A DNA stretch of 64,000 bases, from positions 248,001-312,000 of the forward strand of contig NMRA01000144.1 of the NCBI GenBank assembly GCA_002633005.1, given 5' to 3'. The notes beneath the pieces are model-generated. The model did not search any database. It saw nothing but the letters and a program-made list of their open reading frames with translations, and was not told the DNA's origin. The translations under genes and the position numbers were made by a program. Source of the DNA: Phoronis australis. Lineage: Eukaryota > Animalia > Phoronida. This document shows positions 39,401 through 53,153 of the stretch, piece by piece. The stretch's first letter is position 1. Each line of letters begins with the position of its first letter.

Positions 39401-41841
39401 CCCCAACTGCTGACACGGTGAGTTTTTGCTGTTCCCTTCGATTGGATATACGGTGGCCTGCCCTAAATAAATAAAGGTGGTTTCAAATAGGAAATGCTTT
39501 ATACGAAACATCATTTTCTATTAGACGGTTTATAATATTCAATGTTTCTCAGTTTAGGTAATTGTCAATCGTGGTGTGTTTTTTAAAGAATGCTACATTC
39601 ACATATTGCGTGAAATTGTATCTCTATTTTTCATTGGTCCATATTACGTGTCTCTAAACCTATCACTTGTGCGTAAAACATGAAAGTTTTTTGCACTGTA
39701 GCAACGAGACATGAGAGTTGCTTGAGACGACTTCAATAACGACAGAGCAGAGAGCAGACAAGAGAGACATTTGTAAAGAACACGTACTCGAACCTTAAGG
39801 ACTTGTTAGGGAAAGAAACTAGTGGCTGGTTGTCATATAGCTAACTAGAACTAGAAGATCCTTTGGTTATTATTCACAGCGATGCAATGCAGTTTGACGA
39901 GTTCGACTGGATAGATGAATAAGCTCCACCTAAGTGTTCATTTTGAGGTCGGAATTTCTAAATTCCGTGAGGTGAAGAATGTCGTCATGAAGACCAAATC
40001 CGGTTCAGTCCCAAACCCTTCCTTCCTGGTTCATTTGCAACGTTTACAACACGTACCCGGATCTAAAAAAACTCTTACGGAAGCTACGGAGAGAAGAAAC
40101 TTGCTGATCACTGGGGCAAGGCTGAGGCGTGTCACCAAGATCAAAGATGCTAACGGTATTAAAAACTACAAGGCAATTTCCTTTCGTGAAGTGGAGTGTA
40201 AAATTTTCTTCGCAGTTATTGCATCAAAGGATTGTCAGGTACTCTCTGATCAATAGACAGATCGAGCCTTTATTGCAGAAAAGTGTAGTACCAGGGTAGT
40301 CAGGATGCCTGGAGCATAATGGTGTTCTGACAGAGCTTATCGGGAACACAAAGGCAGGCAAATAGGAGGTGGTAAATGGTGGTTAGATTTAGAGATTGCT
40401 TCTGTGCCACAATCATTGGTTAGTAATGCAATGGCGACTTCTCATGTTCCAGAAGGAGTTTAGAGGTTATAAACAGCTTTTTCAACAGAATACAGGTACG
40501 AGTTTCTCTGAAGAAAGGTGTCTTGACCACCATTTCGGTCAGCTTATTTGGTCTTGCCATGAATCTCCTTATTCGCCTTTCCCCGAGCCGTGCATTTTTG
40601 ATTACATAAGAGTCCACGGCAACATCGGTTGGAGAAGGATGGGTAATGAAGAAACTAGAAGAGCTTATTGTTTGGTGGAAAAGTCAAGAAGTCTAGTCTT
40701 GATGATAAGAAAAATGGGCCAGCACCGAGCTTTCACCAAGAATGACCATCCCTGGGTGAGAAGACTGTGAAATATATGGGAAACGTGTATGACAGTACAC
40801 TAGCTGACATCATTGACGTAAGTTACACAATGGCCTTATTCAGGGCTGTCTGAAGAAGATTAATGAGTCAATTTTGCCAGGGAAGTTCAAGCTAAGGTGT
40901 TATCACCTTGGTTTACCTCATGACAGTTATCTGTTTACAGCAGGCTAATGTCATCACTTGAGTCTATGGCGCGAGAGGCAAGGCAGCTTACCAGGAAGTG
41001 GTTGGGAGTGACAGAGAGTTTCACATGTGTCGGAGTATACAGTATGACGGCAGCAGTATCCCATCCGCTAAGATCAGTGGTTGAGGACTTCAAGGTGTCA
41101 AAAGCAAAAGAAGCTCTTACGAAACTCCAGAGACAGATTTGTCAGCTTATCAGAGATTCAGCTATCAGCAGGTAGAAAGAAGAACCATCAAGGAAAAGTG
41201 AACATGGCAGAAAGCCGTCTCCGATATAGTTCATAGGTGGCACTGTCTGTTGCGGTCCACAAGGTTAGGGATTTGTACTATCTACTAGATGGAAGGCGAC
41301 AAAGGGGAAGGAGAGGTGAGATGTGGAGCTCAAAAAGCCGATTCATAAAGTGGTTTAAGATTTGGTCTTCCTAAACCTGGTCTAATTTTAGACCTAATTT
41401 GCATTTCACCAACATGGTTTAAATGTCTGAAAGCTTGATTTTGTTAGACAAGGGAACGGGTTTAGTAAAACCAGGTTCAAAGTATCCAATGCACCCTACT
41501 GTGTCGATCTGGATTAAGTCAACAAAGAAACTAGTGTTTCAATGGAATCTGATCAAGTGGGTATGAATGCCACACAATAGTGGAATCAATACATACATTT
41601 ACAGGCGGGTCCGTTAATACTAAAAGAAGTCGAAAACGATCTGAAAGATTTTCTCGTGAGAAAAAAGGAAAAGGTCCCTCAAAGAAATGATTAGAAAAAA
41701 ATCAACGTTAAATATAACAAGAAAAGAGGTGCCAAATCATATTAACAGTCTTGGAGAAATAGACACTTGGAAACAGTAAAAACTGAAGGCCAAAAATAAA
41801 TCCGAATGTGTGAAAAAATGAAAAGAAAACGTTGAGGCATA

Positions 41842-42044
41842 TAGTGGCGGATCTAGAATATCATGAGAGGGACCATTTTTTCATTTTCTGATATCTGCGG
41901 CCAACACACGTACACGACCACGATTAGCCGCAACATAATAAATGCCCAAATTTATTCCCGTGCCATTTTACTATTTAAATTTTATCGGTGGTCAAGAGGG
42001 CTGGGAGCAGGACCTCTGCCCGGCCTCCCTTAAATTCGCCACTG
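41842..42044. mobile_element. ~200-bp MITE with (C/T)AGTGGCG(G/A)AT TIRs
   Basis: TAGTGGCGGATCTA at 41842 pairs with TAAATTCGCCACTG ending at 42044. TSD not recognisable. Confidence 0.6.
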
Positions 42045-42374
42045 TGACCAAATGAGTTGAAGCTCAGTCAAAAGAATCAGAGATGATGCCGTCTTCATCC
42101 CCGCCCGTAACGCTTACAACGATGACGCCCTTCTCGATCAGTCGCAGTCAGAGAAGCCCGTCACTCTACCAGTTGCCATGAAGAAATGACGGGAATGGAC
42201 CACCTGATAGAGAAACAGTATTAGGTAGGAGAATCACGGCGACGAACATTCTCTACATGGAACAAAAAAATAATCGCAGGCGGTCAGGTACACGTTGTAC
42301 CATACCCGCGAAGGCCGCTCAAGTAGGCCCATTGTACTGATCACCTGGACCCATTTTTTTGCTTTTTTGATATA

Positions 42375-42501
42375 TAGTTAAAACCGAGCTGATGAGCTAG
42401 AGACCTGACTCAAGGGTCTAGCAGTGTGCCTCAGTGAGATTCGAACCCACAATCTTGAGTAAAGGAAGCGGTCACTTATCCCACTAGGCCACACTGCCTC
42501 C
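42375..42501 (-). mobile_element. tRNA-derived SINE fragment
   Basis: Minus strand reads GGAGGCAGTGTGGCCTAGTGG (A box) ... GGGTTCGAATCTC (B box), followed by non-tRNA body. No intact acceptor stem. Confidence 0.7.
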
Positions 42502-43544
42502 TCTCCAGATGGGGCAGCACAGGCTGAAGTGTTTATCACGCTTATGGTATGACACCTTACCAACGAGGAATAATTTGAAGTTATTTAAGAAGGAGCACGA
42601 CGAGAGTTGTAGCCGTAATGGTGAAGTGGGGTCCCTATGGCACGTATTTTCCAGTTGCATGGTGGCCCTTGCAGAGGGGTGAACACGTGGTGGCACAACA
42701 ATGTCCCCAAGTAAATTGCGCACAAATTGAACCTGAAGAGATCAATGAAGTGGAAGGTGGTGAAGAAGTTAATCAATTTTAGAACAGTTGGACAGCTGGC
42801 TGCAACAGGGGAACCAGTAATTTAGGTGGAATCTTACCTACTGTATGAAGAATGTTTGGTGTCCGGAGGCAGATTTGGGGAAACATGGAAGATTCCTTAC
42901 CCATGTAGCTTTAACATCTTTGAGACCCGACAATATTTTGTGATCAGACAAGCAAGGATGGTAATCTTGATAGAATTCTCTGTGTTGTGGAAAATCAGGA
43001 TACAGGAGGCCCAGGAGAGGAAAGCGTTGAAGTACAGCGAACTGAACCATTTGTGTTCGAGGAATCGGGGGAAGTGCTTCTGTTTGCCAGAGGAGGTAGA
43101 AGCCATAGTTCGTGTGGCATCGAAAATGTAGAAGATGTGATAAGAATGCTGGGAATTTTAACTAATTCTAGGAAGTCTTTCGTGATATCAGTAGCAGCTG
43201 CAGCGGAATCAGCAACATCATGGTTGTGGTTGCGGAAGTCGTAGCAGTGGCAGAATCCCCGTCAACCGGAACCTGATCAATTTCGGGGCTTAACGTTTAA
43301 GCCTGTTCCAGGTACATGTAACTCGGCCGAAACATGCTGACAAGACAGCCGTGCATTGTTTTAAAGCAAGAGTTAAGATTTTCAGTCATTGAGGATTCCG
43401 AAAATTATATGGTTCTATGGGTTGCAAATAATAGTAGAAATGGAATAGTGGTGTAGGAATTTGCGAAATAAAAAGTACGCAAAACAAAAAGGCCGACACG
43501 ATACTTAAGCCTTCCAAAGGTCCATTGCAACAGACACTGTATTT

Positions 43545-44075
43545 TAAAGACCTATTAGCACACGTTTTTAACCCTTATTAGACTGTTAGAGCATGTTATA
43601 ACTTAGTCACCAGTACCCACAACTTAATCTTAAGGAAGTCCGAGTGTTGTCTACGGGAGAAGCGACGTATTCACAAACGTATGATTGCATAATACCACTT
43701 GTCATACGCAAAGAACAGATGAAATTTGGACAATAATTATCGAATTTATAAAGAATCAAAATGAGAATCAAGCACAACCAAACAAAATAACAACGGATTT
43801 ACGCTCACGGTGATATCAACAGTTTTCAAGCACAACATGACCGTTATTCAGGAATCGTTCCTTACTGATGCACAGAATTTCCCAGGTCACGGAAATAGAC
43901 GGGAATAGTCGACAATTTTCTGATCTCGCCCGAGGTACAAAAATTGTGTTAAAAAAGGCTTTTAGTTTGATAACAGACTAGAGGTAAACATTATGCCATG
44001 TTATACATTACTTAATTTGGTACATATTTTTTAAGTTTTTGTACTAGATTACCGTTTGAGATAAGCACTTTAATT
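43545..44075 (+). repeat. Copy 1 of a diverged local duplication (copy 2 is fragmented at ~45950-46048, ~47195-47588 and ~48886-48915)
   Basis: Shared blocks include AAAGACCTA.TAGCACA, CAAAGAACAGAT.AAATTTGGACAATA, AAAAAGGCTTTTAGTTTGATAACAGA and GAGATAAG.ACTTT. Confidence 0.8.
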
Positions 44076-47000
44076 TCTCTGCTAATACTCAGCAAGTCCA
44101 CCAGCCTTCTTGAGGAATTTTGCAAGTGATTTAATATTTTGTGAAGCTATGACAGATTTCACTGAAACTGCTTTACTTCCAAAGCATTCTTTCTAATCCT
44201 TTGGTAAGTGAAACACTGGTCGACATTGTGTTTCATCTTTCAGTCAGCATTTCGGGCAACAGGAATCTGTTGCTCGACTTGCATTCTTATTTTTCTGCAG
44301 GTTACAGTGACCTGTTATCGCCAACTGCTGTTGAAACCTGGTCAGACTCAAAAGCTTGGCAACAAGAATGGGGATTACCCAGCGCGCTAACTCTTTTGAT
44401 ATTCTACAGTCACCTTTGTAAGTCCAAGATGTTTTGAGAATGGATAGTTAAAAAGTTATTTCATGAAGCGTAAAAGAACTTACCCTAAAAACCCCTTTCA
44501 TCAAATGAGATTGAGGTGAACATACTTTCAACACTTAGCAATTATTAAATTTATTCCCACTTCATTAGTTAAATATGGTAATTTCATAGCAGATAAACAG
44601 TTATTTTACCTAAGTGAAGCTCCCTTTCAGAAGCCGTTTGCACCACGCACCAAACAATATTTAGCCATTCATTTATTGCTGCATCAGAAGGTTAACATAA
44701 CAACTTGATCGCAGAAGACTATTTATTGTAACAATGTAAAACACTTCATGAGTTAAACATAATAGTGTCATCGCTGATAAACATGTATATGCATATTAAG
44801 TGTCACAGATTCAACTTCTTGAACGTGTTGCTTGGTTACTGCAATCCCATCAAGTACAAGCTAGAAGTGATCTATAACAGCCTTGTTACTCATACCAACA
44901 CAATCTTTATCATGAAATCCTTTCATTGTTTCAAATGAAAAAGCTGCAATGCTGTGTAAACGTTCAAATTACTGCGTTAAAGTGCATGACTCAGTTAAAT
45001 ATCTTACATGTTGAGCGGATGTTTCTTAAAAGTCACTAAAAGCTTTCTAAAATCCGGTTGATCCCTTTTGAATGGGTGCCCTTTGGGGAGTAAGTTGAAT
45101 TTTTAAAAACATGTAATTTGTCTTAAAAGAGCTCTGTTTCATGACATTTCCGGGACGCTCATTTAGGAAGGGGAGTGAATGAAAACCTGGATATGACGCA
45201 AAAGCGATTACTTGGGGTGCGCTTACATATTTTTTAAGTTCATTGGTCAAACGCCCTGCCCCAAAGCCCCCTGTGTCTGCCTTGTACTTTTCACCCACTC
45301 AATCAAACTCGTCCTATTGACTATTTCTACTGCCTCTTTGAAATCAGTCACCGTTTTGCACTACATCTACATCTAGAGATAGCAGAAAAATGAATAAAGA
45401 TTAACAACGAAGACAAACCAGAATAAATATGGATAATTCATCAAATGTACTTGAAAATATCAACCATGTGATCTCGCTGAAAAAGAGCCTATAAGAAGCC
45501 GATATGCGGAAGCGCTACGCGTATATTAGTCAGACAGTCAAAACTTGACGAATCTTGTAAATAAAGTTTTTATGGCAAAGTCATGTTGAAAACAAACAAC
45601 GCATATACATGTAGCAATCACCTAAAACAATCACTGATCACTGTTTGGGGGTTGCCAATCTAAAAATTGCGAATACTCTGCAACATAGCTCGTGACGTAC
45701 CAGGGCAAAATAGATTACGATAAATAAAGTTATTATCCTTTTAAGTTGGGAGTGCTCTGTTTAAACTGACCTTATGATAATGAGGTTGTTATCTAGGTCA
45801 GTTTAGGTCAGTTAGTAAGGATCACTCTCATTGATTAGTGTCTGGCTAATATGCTTCACACTGACCAATGAAAAGCAGGGTGATATACAAACAGAAACTT
45901 GCTGTATGTATTCTTCCAGGGAGGCCACTTGTGATTGATGTGACGACTTGTTAAAGACCTAGTAGCACAAGTTTTAACCCTTTAGATGGTTAGAACATGT
46001 TATAACAAAGCCATCAGTACATAGGGGTTAATCCTAACGAAATCCGTAGGTGATAATTTCATAAAAATCCTCACTTGTCACGAACTGGAGTCGAGTGATA
46101 CCCCGCCATTTTAGATTTGCCGCTAAGTGGGAAGTGAGATTCATCAAGGAACCGTTGAATAACAAGGTAGTCTATTCGATTGGGCTAAGCGTGTTTCATA
46201 GGAAGTAAGTTAACTCAGGTAAACAGTATAAACATAAAAACGAACAAACAATATCAGAATAATTAAGAAAAATTGCTATACAGAAAGAATATTTGGAAAA
46301 TAAAGAGCAGGGACTATTCCGGTGTTGGCGTCCGACAGCCAACAATGAGCGAAGGCCCATTGATTATTCAATACCAACCGGTGTTGAAAAACTTCACAAC
46401 GAAAACTTTAAATGTTGCCAAATGGTACAATATTAGTGTTAATGGGTTTAAATTAAAAGGAAAAAATTTCATTCGCATAAGCTACTACCGGAGCTCGGCC
46501 GCCTGTCCGCGAACATCAGTGCTCCGCGGTGAACACATTAATCAGCTCGGTGGGCTTTGAATAGATGAAATTCGTGTGACTAAGAGATTGCAAAATTACT
46601 GCTTCATGCTCCTAACACTGCAACATTTTCCCATCGCCGACATTCAACTTTGAGACTACAGTTCACTACCCCTGCTCCCTCCCCCGTTTGCAGACAAGAA
46701 AGGTATCGATTGCAATTTTTTGTCACGTTTCAAAGTATGTTTTGTCTCATTGAGAATTAAACTCAGTGAGCTTGTGATTATTTTCTCGGTCACACCTCAC
46801 GTAATTGCTGGGGAAACTTCGCCAGTTGTCGTGTACCGGCAGCAAACATCAAGCACATGTCAGCGTTATTGCAATCAAGGGTCTGAACGCACTGTTTTAA
46901 GATAACAAAATGTTTTTGTTTGTTGAAAAATCGCCGTGTGTGAATGTCTTTCCTTTCAACGGCAAGTAAAGCCGGAGTCGAATCCCTTTTTTCCTTTTGG

Positions 47001-47586
47001 TACAATATGCAATGCGCTGTCGGTAATCACAAGGCAATTGCTGGAACTTTGCATCAGTTTAACAATATGGCGATATAGAAAAGACTTTTGCTGATCTAGA
47101 AAGGGTTTTCATCTGCTTTATTTCCAGAAAGGACACTGTTTCTGAAATTTGGCGTAGTACCCCTCGCCAAGAGTCAGGGCACCTCAACAGTGATGGCTGC
47201 TGGAGATGCCACGCATTCACAGTTATGATTGAATTAAATACCATGCGTCATGTACAAAGAACAGATAAAATTTGGACAATAGATAATCAAATTTGTATAA
47301 TAAGAACCAAAATGAGAATCAAAAACAATCTAACTAAAAACAACGCTCATGCGCTCACGTTGATATCAATAGTTGTCAAGGACATTATGGCCTGCATTCA
47401 GGAATTGTTCCTTAACTGATGCACAAGGAACTCAGTCACGGAAATTGGTGGGAATAGTTGATGATTTTCTGATTCCTGCCGAAGTCCAAAATTGTGCTTA
47501 AAAAGGCTTTTAGTTTGATAACAGAAAAAGAGGTAAACAGGTTACATGTTACTTAATTTGTTATATATTTTCAAGTTTTTGTATTA

Positions 47587-48101
47587 GAGAATTCAAAGAA
47601 TGATGCTCAAACTTCAACCATACTCATTCAATCTGGTGTACAAAAAGGGTACTACTATTGGTTTAGCTGATTGTTTGAGTAGATTACCTCACAATGGTGA
47701 TGACAATTATGCTATCATGGATGATGAGCTCATGGTTTGTGAAGTTGATACTCTAGCAAATTGTATGCATGATAAAATTGCTATGGCAACATGCGATGAT
47801 GATGAACTGCAGTGTGTAGAGCAGTTAATTTTGAATGGTTGGCCAGAACATAGGTCACAAGTACCTCACATCGCATTACCTTATTGGGATTGCAGAGATC
47901 AATTAGCTACTTACAATGGTATTGTTTTCAGAGCAGATAGGGTATGTATTCCCACTACGCTCCGTCGGCACATGTTACGTGTGCTACACCAATCACATAC
48001 GGGAATGACACGGACAAAACAAAGAGCTCGTGATATTATATTTTGGCCGGGTATGAACAAACAAATTGAAGATATGATTAGCAGATGTGCTGCATGTTTG
48101 A
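47587..48101 (+). mobile_element. Ty3/Gypsy pol fragment (end of RNase H and integrase zinc-binding domain)
   Basis: RIQRMMLKLQPYSFNLVYKKG...ADCLSRLP, GWP, CIPTTLR..LHQSHTGMTRTKQRAR..FWPGM...CAAC. The frame is open up to the gap. Confidence 0.92.
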
Positions 48102-48656
48102 NNNNNNNNNNNNNNNNNNNNNNNNNNNNNNNNNNNNNNNNNNNNNNNNNNNNNNNNNNNNNNNNNNNNNNNNNNNNNNNNNNNNNNNNNNNNNNNNNNN
48201 NNNNNNNNNNNNNNNNNNNNNNNNNNNNNNNNNNNNNNNNNNNNNNNNNNNNNNNNNNNNNNNNNNNNNNNNNNNNNNNNNNNNNNNNNNNNNNNNNNNN
48301 NNNNNNNNNNNNNNNNNNNNNNNNNNNNNNNNNNNNNNNNNNNNNNNNNNNNNNNNNNNNNNNNNNNNNNNNNNNNNNNNNNNNNNNNNNNNNNNNNNNN
48401 NNNNNNNNNNNNNNNNNNNNNNNNNNNNNNNNNNNNNNNNNNNNNNNNNNNNNNNNNNNNNNNNNNNNNNNNCAACTTTTGTAATTTGATTAGTCTGTTA
48501 TGGTATGGTTAGATACTATTTGTTTATTATTTTAGCACTTAGCTGATAGTCTTGTTGAGTGAAACATCTGTTAGGATGGTAATTTGTTTATCGTGGTTGA
48601 CAGTTGTTAATTTAGGTTTCTTAGTGCTACTTTCTTGTTTTTCAAAGAAAAGGGGA

Positions 48657-48885
48657 TGTAATAGTATTGTGATTTGTACTGGAACTACACTTGCCTTATA
48701 TGGCACAATTAGTTAGAATGGTTTATTATATAAGTCTTGCCAAACAGTTCTATGAAATGTGACTCATATGCATGTGGTCTTGTGTATTGCAAAAACATGT
48801 TGTTGAACAGTAGTTAGTCAGTCCGCAATAAAGTAGTGTTCAAGTAAAGACGTCTTCTTCACTCCTCTCTCCACAAGCCATTACA
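48657..48885 (+). mobile_element. 3' LTR of the Gypsy element (229 bp)
   Basis: Polypurine tract AAAGAAAAGGGGA immediately precedes TGTAAT; the LTR ends in ATTACA (inverted termini) and contains AATAAA near 48827. Confidence 0.88.
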
Positions 48886-51029
48886 GATTAACCCTTCGAG
48901 ATAAGGACTTTGAATTGGTCATAATTGAAACTGATAAGTTTGATTGAATGAGAAATCTGTTATAAATGTCTGAGCACTTATTATGATTCACATTTGGAGT
49001 ATTCAATATAGAACAGTATCTATATTCTTTCAAATTCCACGAGCAAGAAGCGACCAATGAAACTCCCTGAGGCGGTTGTCCCCTGCACAGAACCTCTAGA
49101 TTGGCTTCACACGTTATCAGTGACGTTACAGTGTGAGCCCTGGAAACCAGGTCATCTGAGGCGCTCTCTTGATAGTCATATTTGATTCCGGTGATTCAGT
49201 AGGATTCACATTTGCGGTTTGTCAGTAAACTTGCGTTTTCTGATTTCAATGCATGCACAAGTTGTCACTAACAACTGTTACCATGGTGATGGGCCCTCAG
49301 CTCACGCGATTTGAATACTTATATGGTTGTATGCAAAAAAGGCATGTGCATCCTCACTAAAAAAACTAGAATTTTCTACAAAAATATGATACATTTTCTG
49401 AAGATTCAAGTAAAAAATGACTGATATTTCTGCAAGTTAGGCTTCATATGCATAAAAGAAAAACCACGACTGTGCCTGGAATTTTCGTTACACTTGATGT
49501 ATTTTGAACAGAAAGATTGCAGTTTTTGCGCCAAAAATAATTCCTAGAAGAATCATGTGCTTCTGTTCACAAAATCAGTGCGAAAATTGTATGGCAATGC
49601 CACCGCCTTGTGTCTTTGTGATATATATGCATATCCGCTGTCACGGCAACCCTTTGTTGAATTTGTATAATTATGCTACAAGTAGTGGTAATTTATTCAT
49701 TGCATCCTGTTTCATGCAGATTTTTTGTTGAAGAAATATTTGACAGATTTACTGACATTAGTTGCCATAGCAAGTATTTTTTGGACTTTCAACGCAGTGT
49801 TACTGGTGTTCATATACCAGCCATACGTCTTTGGTTTTATCCATTAATATATACATTTCTCTTGCATAAGAAACACGCAACTTTCATGTTGTTAAAAGGC
49901 CATGTCAGTGTTTTTTTGTATATGCGTTGGAAACCATTTTAGTATTTTCAAAAGTGTCCTACTGGTTATAATATATTTTTATTGGAACAAACAATGTTTG
50001 CTTTAGGCCTATACCTAGGCGTGTGCAGCTGATTATACTCTGGTAATTCCAAAATACCTAGTTACAATGGCAACGCTGCACGTTCATGTTTGGCAATTAC
50101 CCACAGATTTGGGCATGTTTGCTTGACTTCTAACATGACTGGCATTAACCCTAAACTTGGTGATCTTGGTCTTGGTTACCATGGTAACGATACCAAATTC
50201 AGCTTAGTAATACTCTCAACAAGGAGCTCGCTCAAGTACTTTTAGCAACGTTCCTGTCTTTAACATGAGCTTGCCCTGAAACTTGAAAGTGTTGATTTTG
50301 AATAGGAAAAAACTTGGTTACTATGGCAATGGTGCATATTTCAACCTGGAAACCCTCTTGAATTTAAAAGGAGGGTCACTATTACTACTTTGAGTACCGT
50401 TGCCTGCTTCTAACATGACTTTGTCATTAATAAGTGTTGATTTTGGATACATGTATCAAATTTACAATTTCCCAGAAAGATTATTGACAAATTGATTGGT
50501 CTTTTTAAAACATTTCTCTGGAAGATACACCAAAAAGATTGGTTTAATTCTATTTTGAAAAACAAAGACTGATTAAATTAAATCAGCAAAGAATCCTCGA
50601 AAATAACTTTTATACCATTTCTCCTCAGAAATTGGTCACAAATTGTCTCTTACTAAGAAGAGGAATGATTTCCGGGTTATAGAAGAATTACACTATAATA
50701 GTTCTTGAGACCATGCTTGCGTGATAGGTTAACTTGTCGAGCTTGGTGTCAAGGAATAACGAACTGTTAGTTGTTTCCAAATCCAGGAATCATTAAATAG
50801 ACTAAGGAACGCGATAGTACAAGATTTGAATAAAAAATATTTTTGACAGCAGGCGGGCTCATACATGAACTGAACTAGACAAATGGGGAATCATGTTTAT
50901 GACTTTTGAAGTAAAAATAATTATAATACCTACAATTTCCAATTGCAAAACATACGTAAGTACAAATCTGCACATGTACTCGTAGCCCTAGGCGCACTAA
51001 GCGATCCTAAATCATTCATAAGAATCCAC

Positions 51030-53153
51030 TGTGAACGCCAACTGAGGTTGCTCCACGCATGTCTGGGAGTTGTTTGCATTCGTTTGTTTCATTGAGCTAT
51101 AGAGCTAATTGAGCATAGGGCTCATCAGAATGTTTGTTCAGTGAACTCGAAGTAATTTTAGAAACACTATTACCGAATTCTACTTCCGAACAAATTCTAT
51201 CTATATTTCTTGAATGTTTTGCGGTGTAATGACTCCAAACAGTATCAAATGGACTATTATCTGCTTGCGATTCCGCGATTCGGGAAAACGGCCGTAGCTA
51301 CTACCGCTGCTTACAAGTAGCCAGTAGGCGTAACGTAAAGCCATCTAGACTTGTATTACACATTTTCGAAAAGTTCCAATTTCCTTAGAATATATCCACA
51401 TGATTATACCACGAGCAAAAAATAAAGAATTAACTTCATCAATGATTATTATTTTACAAAGACGACAGGTTTTTAAATGTGAAAACCAAAAGTGTTACCA
51501 AAATGCGAAAAATAACAGACTGTAATAATATGAACTTCGTGTGGTGATTGGCTGATTAATTAGTCAACCACAAAAGTCTAATTAAACCAGCATGGAAATA
51601 GTTTCAAAGATTCAACTAACTGCTGCCGCATTAAGACAAACATTGGAATATGGATCCTTCACACTTGGTTTTAAGAATCTAATCAGGCAACCATCCAAAA
51701 TTATACATCGTTATAGATTCAATGGACCCACAATGTATTGTGTGGCATTGAAATATACTGTGGACAGCTCGTTACTATGGTTGCGGTGTAGGAATTGCAT
51801 AGAAGTTTAGACATAAACCCTTCAGAAAGTAAAAAATGTTGTAATGTGTTTTATCGCAAGAAAGAGACATCGGAACACATTTTTACGATTGTTATATTGC
51901 TAAGGAAATCGGACTCTGGAAAATAACAATATTCATAACTGGTAGTGTTATTTAGAACATCCGTTGAATAGTTGGCAATATGCGAGAATGAAAATACTGG
52001 ACAAGGGGATTGAAAAGCGGGCCATCCGGGTACAAAGCGAGCGTTCTGGGCTTATACCAAATCGCAAAAGTGAAATGTTTGCAAAAACGTTTTTTTGTTG
52101 CACGGGAGTCGTACCACCCAAACGTGTCGAAAGCCGAGTACGAAATTGGGGTGCCGTAAAAACTGATGAAACATCCCTTTTTCTTTTTAGTTCCACCGAA
52201 AAATAAAGCTATGTCTTGTTGGAAATTGCAATATTATGTAATAGTATGTTAATTTCGACGTGTGTCAATAAGTGAGTCATTTTATGGCGTGGCGCGGTGG
52301 CGGGAAAAATCTAAAAGTATTACAGTCCGCCAAGAGCGGGACGATTGACAAGCACAATGTACACTGTCGGCAGCAAAGAGCATTGGATTAGATACTCTTA
52401 CTAGGTAAACATTTCATTTTTTTAAATTTGATTCCAGGGGTATAATAAATACTAGTATAGATAGCATTACTGCTCAGAAATCGAATTAACAAAAAAGTAT
52501 TTGGGCAACAGGTAAACAATTCACAAATGAATAATTATAGAAACGATAGAAAACAATAATAAAAACACATACAAACTCACACGCACGGGCACACGCATCC
52601 TCCCACACAGGCGCAGTCGCACACACACACACAAACACCCACACTTAGCTGGCAAATAAATACACAAGTAGTTTTTTGAAAGTTACGTAAAAACGCATGT
52701 TACCGCAGCCAAAGCTTTTCATTTACAATTGCAGAACAAACGTTTAGAAACTAAATGTCACTACTTTCCGTTAAATACTGTAACATGATTTTTTACACAC
52801 AAAAATGTTTTGTTGAAGAACTCCTAACATGTGGCTTCGACTGGAAATGAAAATATATAAGAGGCTAAGCTAATCTCGGAATCCATCCTGGGACAGTGGT
52901 TCATGCTTATCAAGAATGAGCGGTGTAATTGTCGGGTTTGTTGACTAATTTTGCCGATCAATCGCTGGTGGTCGTAGCTCGAGAGTCGCACGTGATTAGT
53001 CCTTTATGAACAAACTCAGTCGATCAGACAACCGGAAATTCACAATGTAAACTCTAGCGGTCAGTCCGTGAAATCTCAGGGTCGTAAGCTCTGACACTAC
53101 TAGAATGGATGGGTCACGTGCGGGAATTGGCATTCCATGCCTAGAGTTTTATA
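51030..53153. mobile_element. Longer, diverged copy of the 13234-14149 DNA element
   Basis: CTGAGGTTGC.CC.CGCATG..GAGTTGTTTGCATT at ~51043 matches ~13272, and 52490-53153 aligns with 13500-14149 (e.g. GTGTAATTGTCGGGTTTGTTGA). Boundaries are approximate. Confidence 0.6.

Larger units (their letters stand above)
39700..43245 (+). mobile_element. Degenerate non-LTR retrotransposon with RT and restriction-like endonuclease (HERO/NeSL-R2 group), split by insertions at ~41330-42503
   Basis: Collinear decayed motifs: YKAISFREVECKIFFAVIA, SGCLEH, WLDL, LPGKFK, RKWLGV...PLRSVVEDFKVSKA. After the insertion: YDTLPTRNNL, CCHC-knuckle remnant C..(N)..HVFSSC..AL, ILIEFSVLW...EAQERKALKY, AESATSWLWLRK. Confidence 0.8.

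Noticed and set aside
42431-42501. Functional tRNA gene
   Set aside because: A and B boxes are present but the cloverleaf stems do not pair and the sequence continues as a SINE-like body inside a TE cluster.
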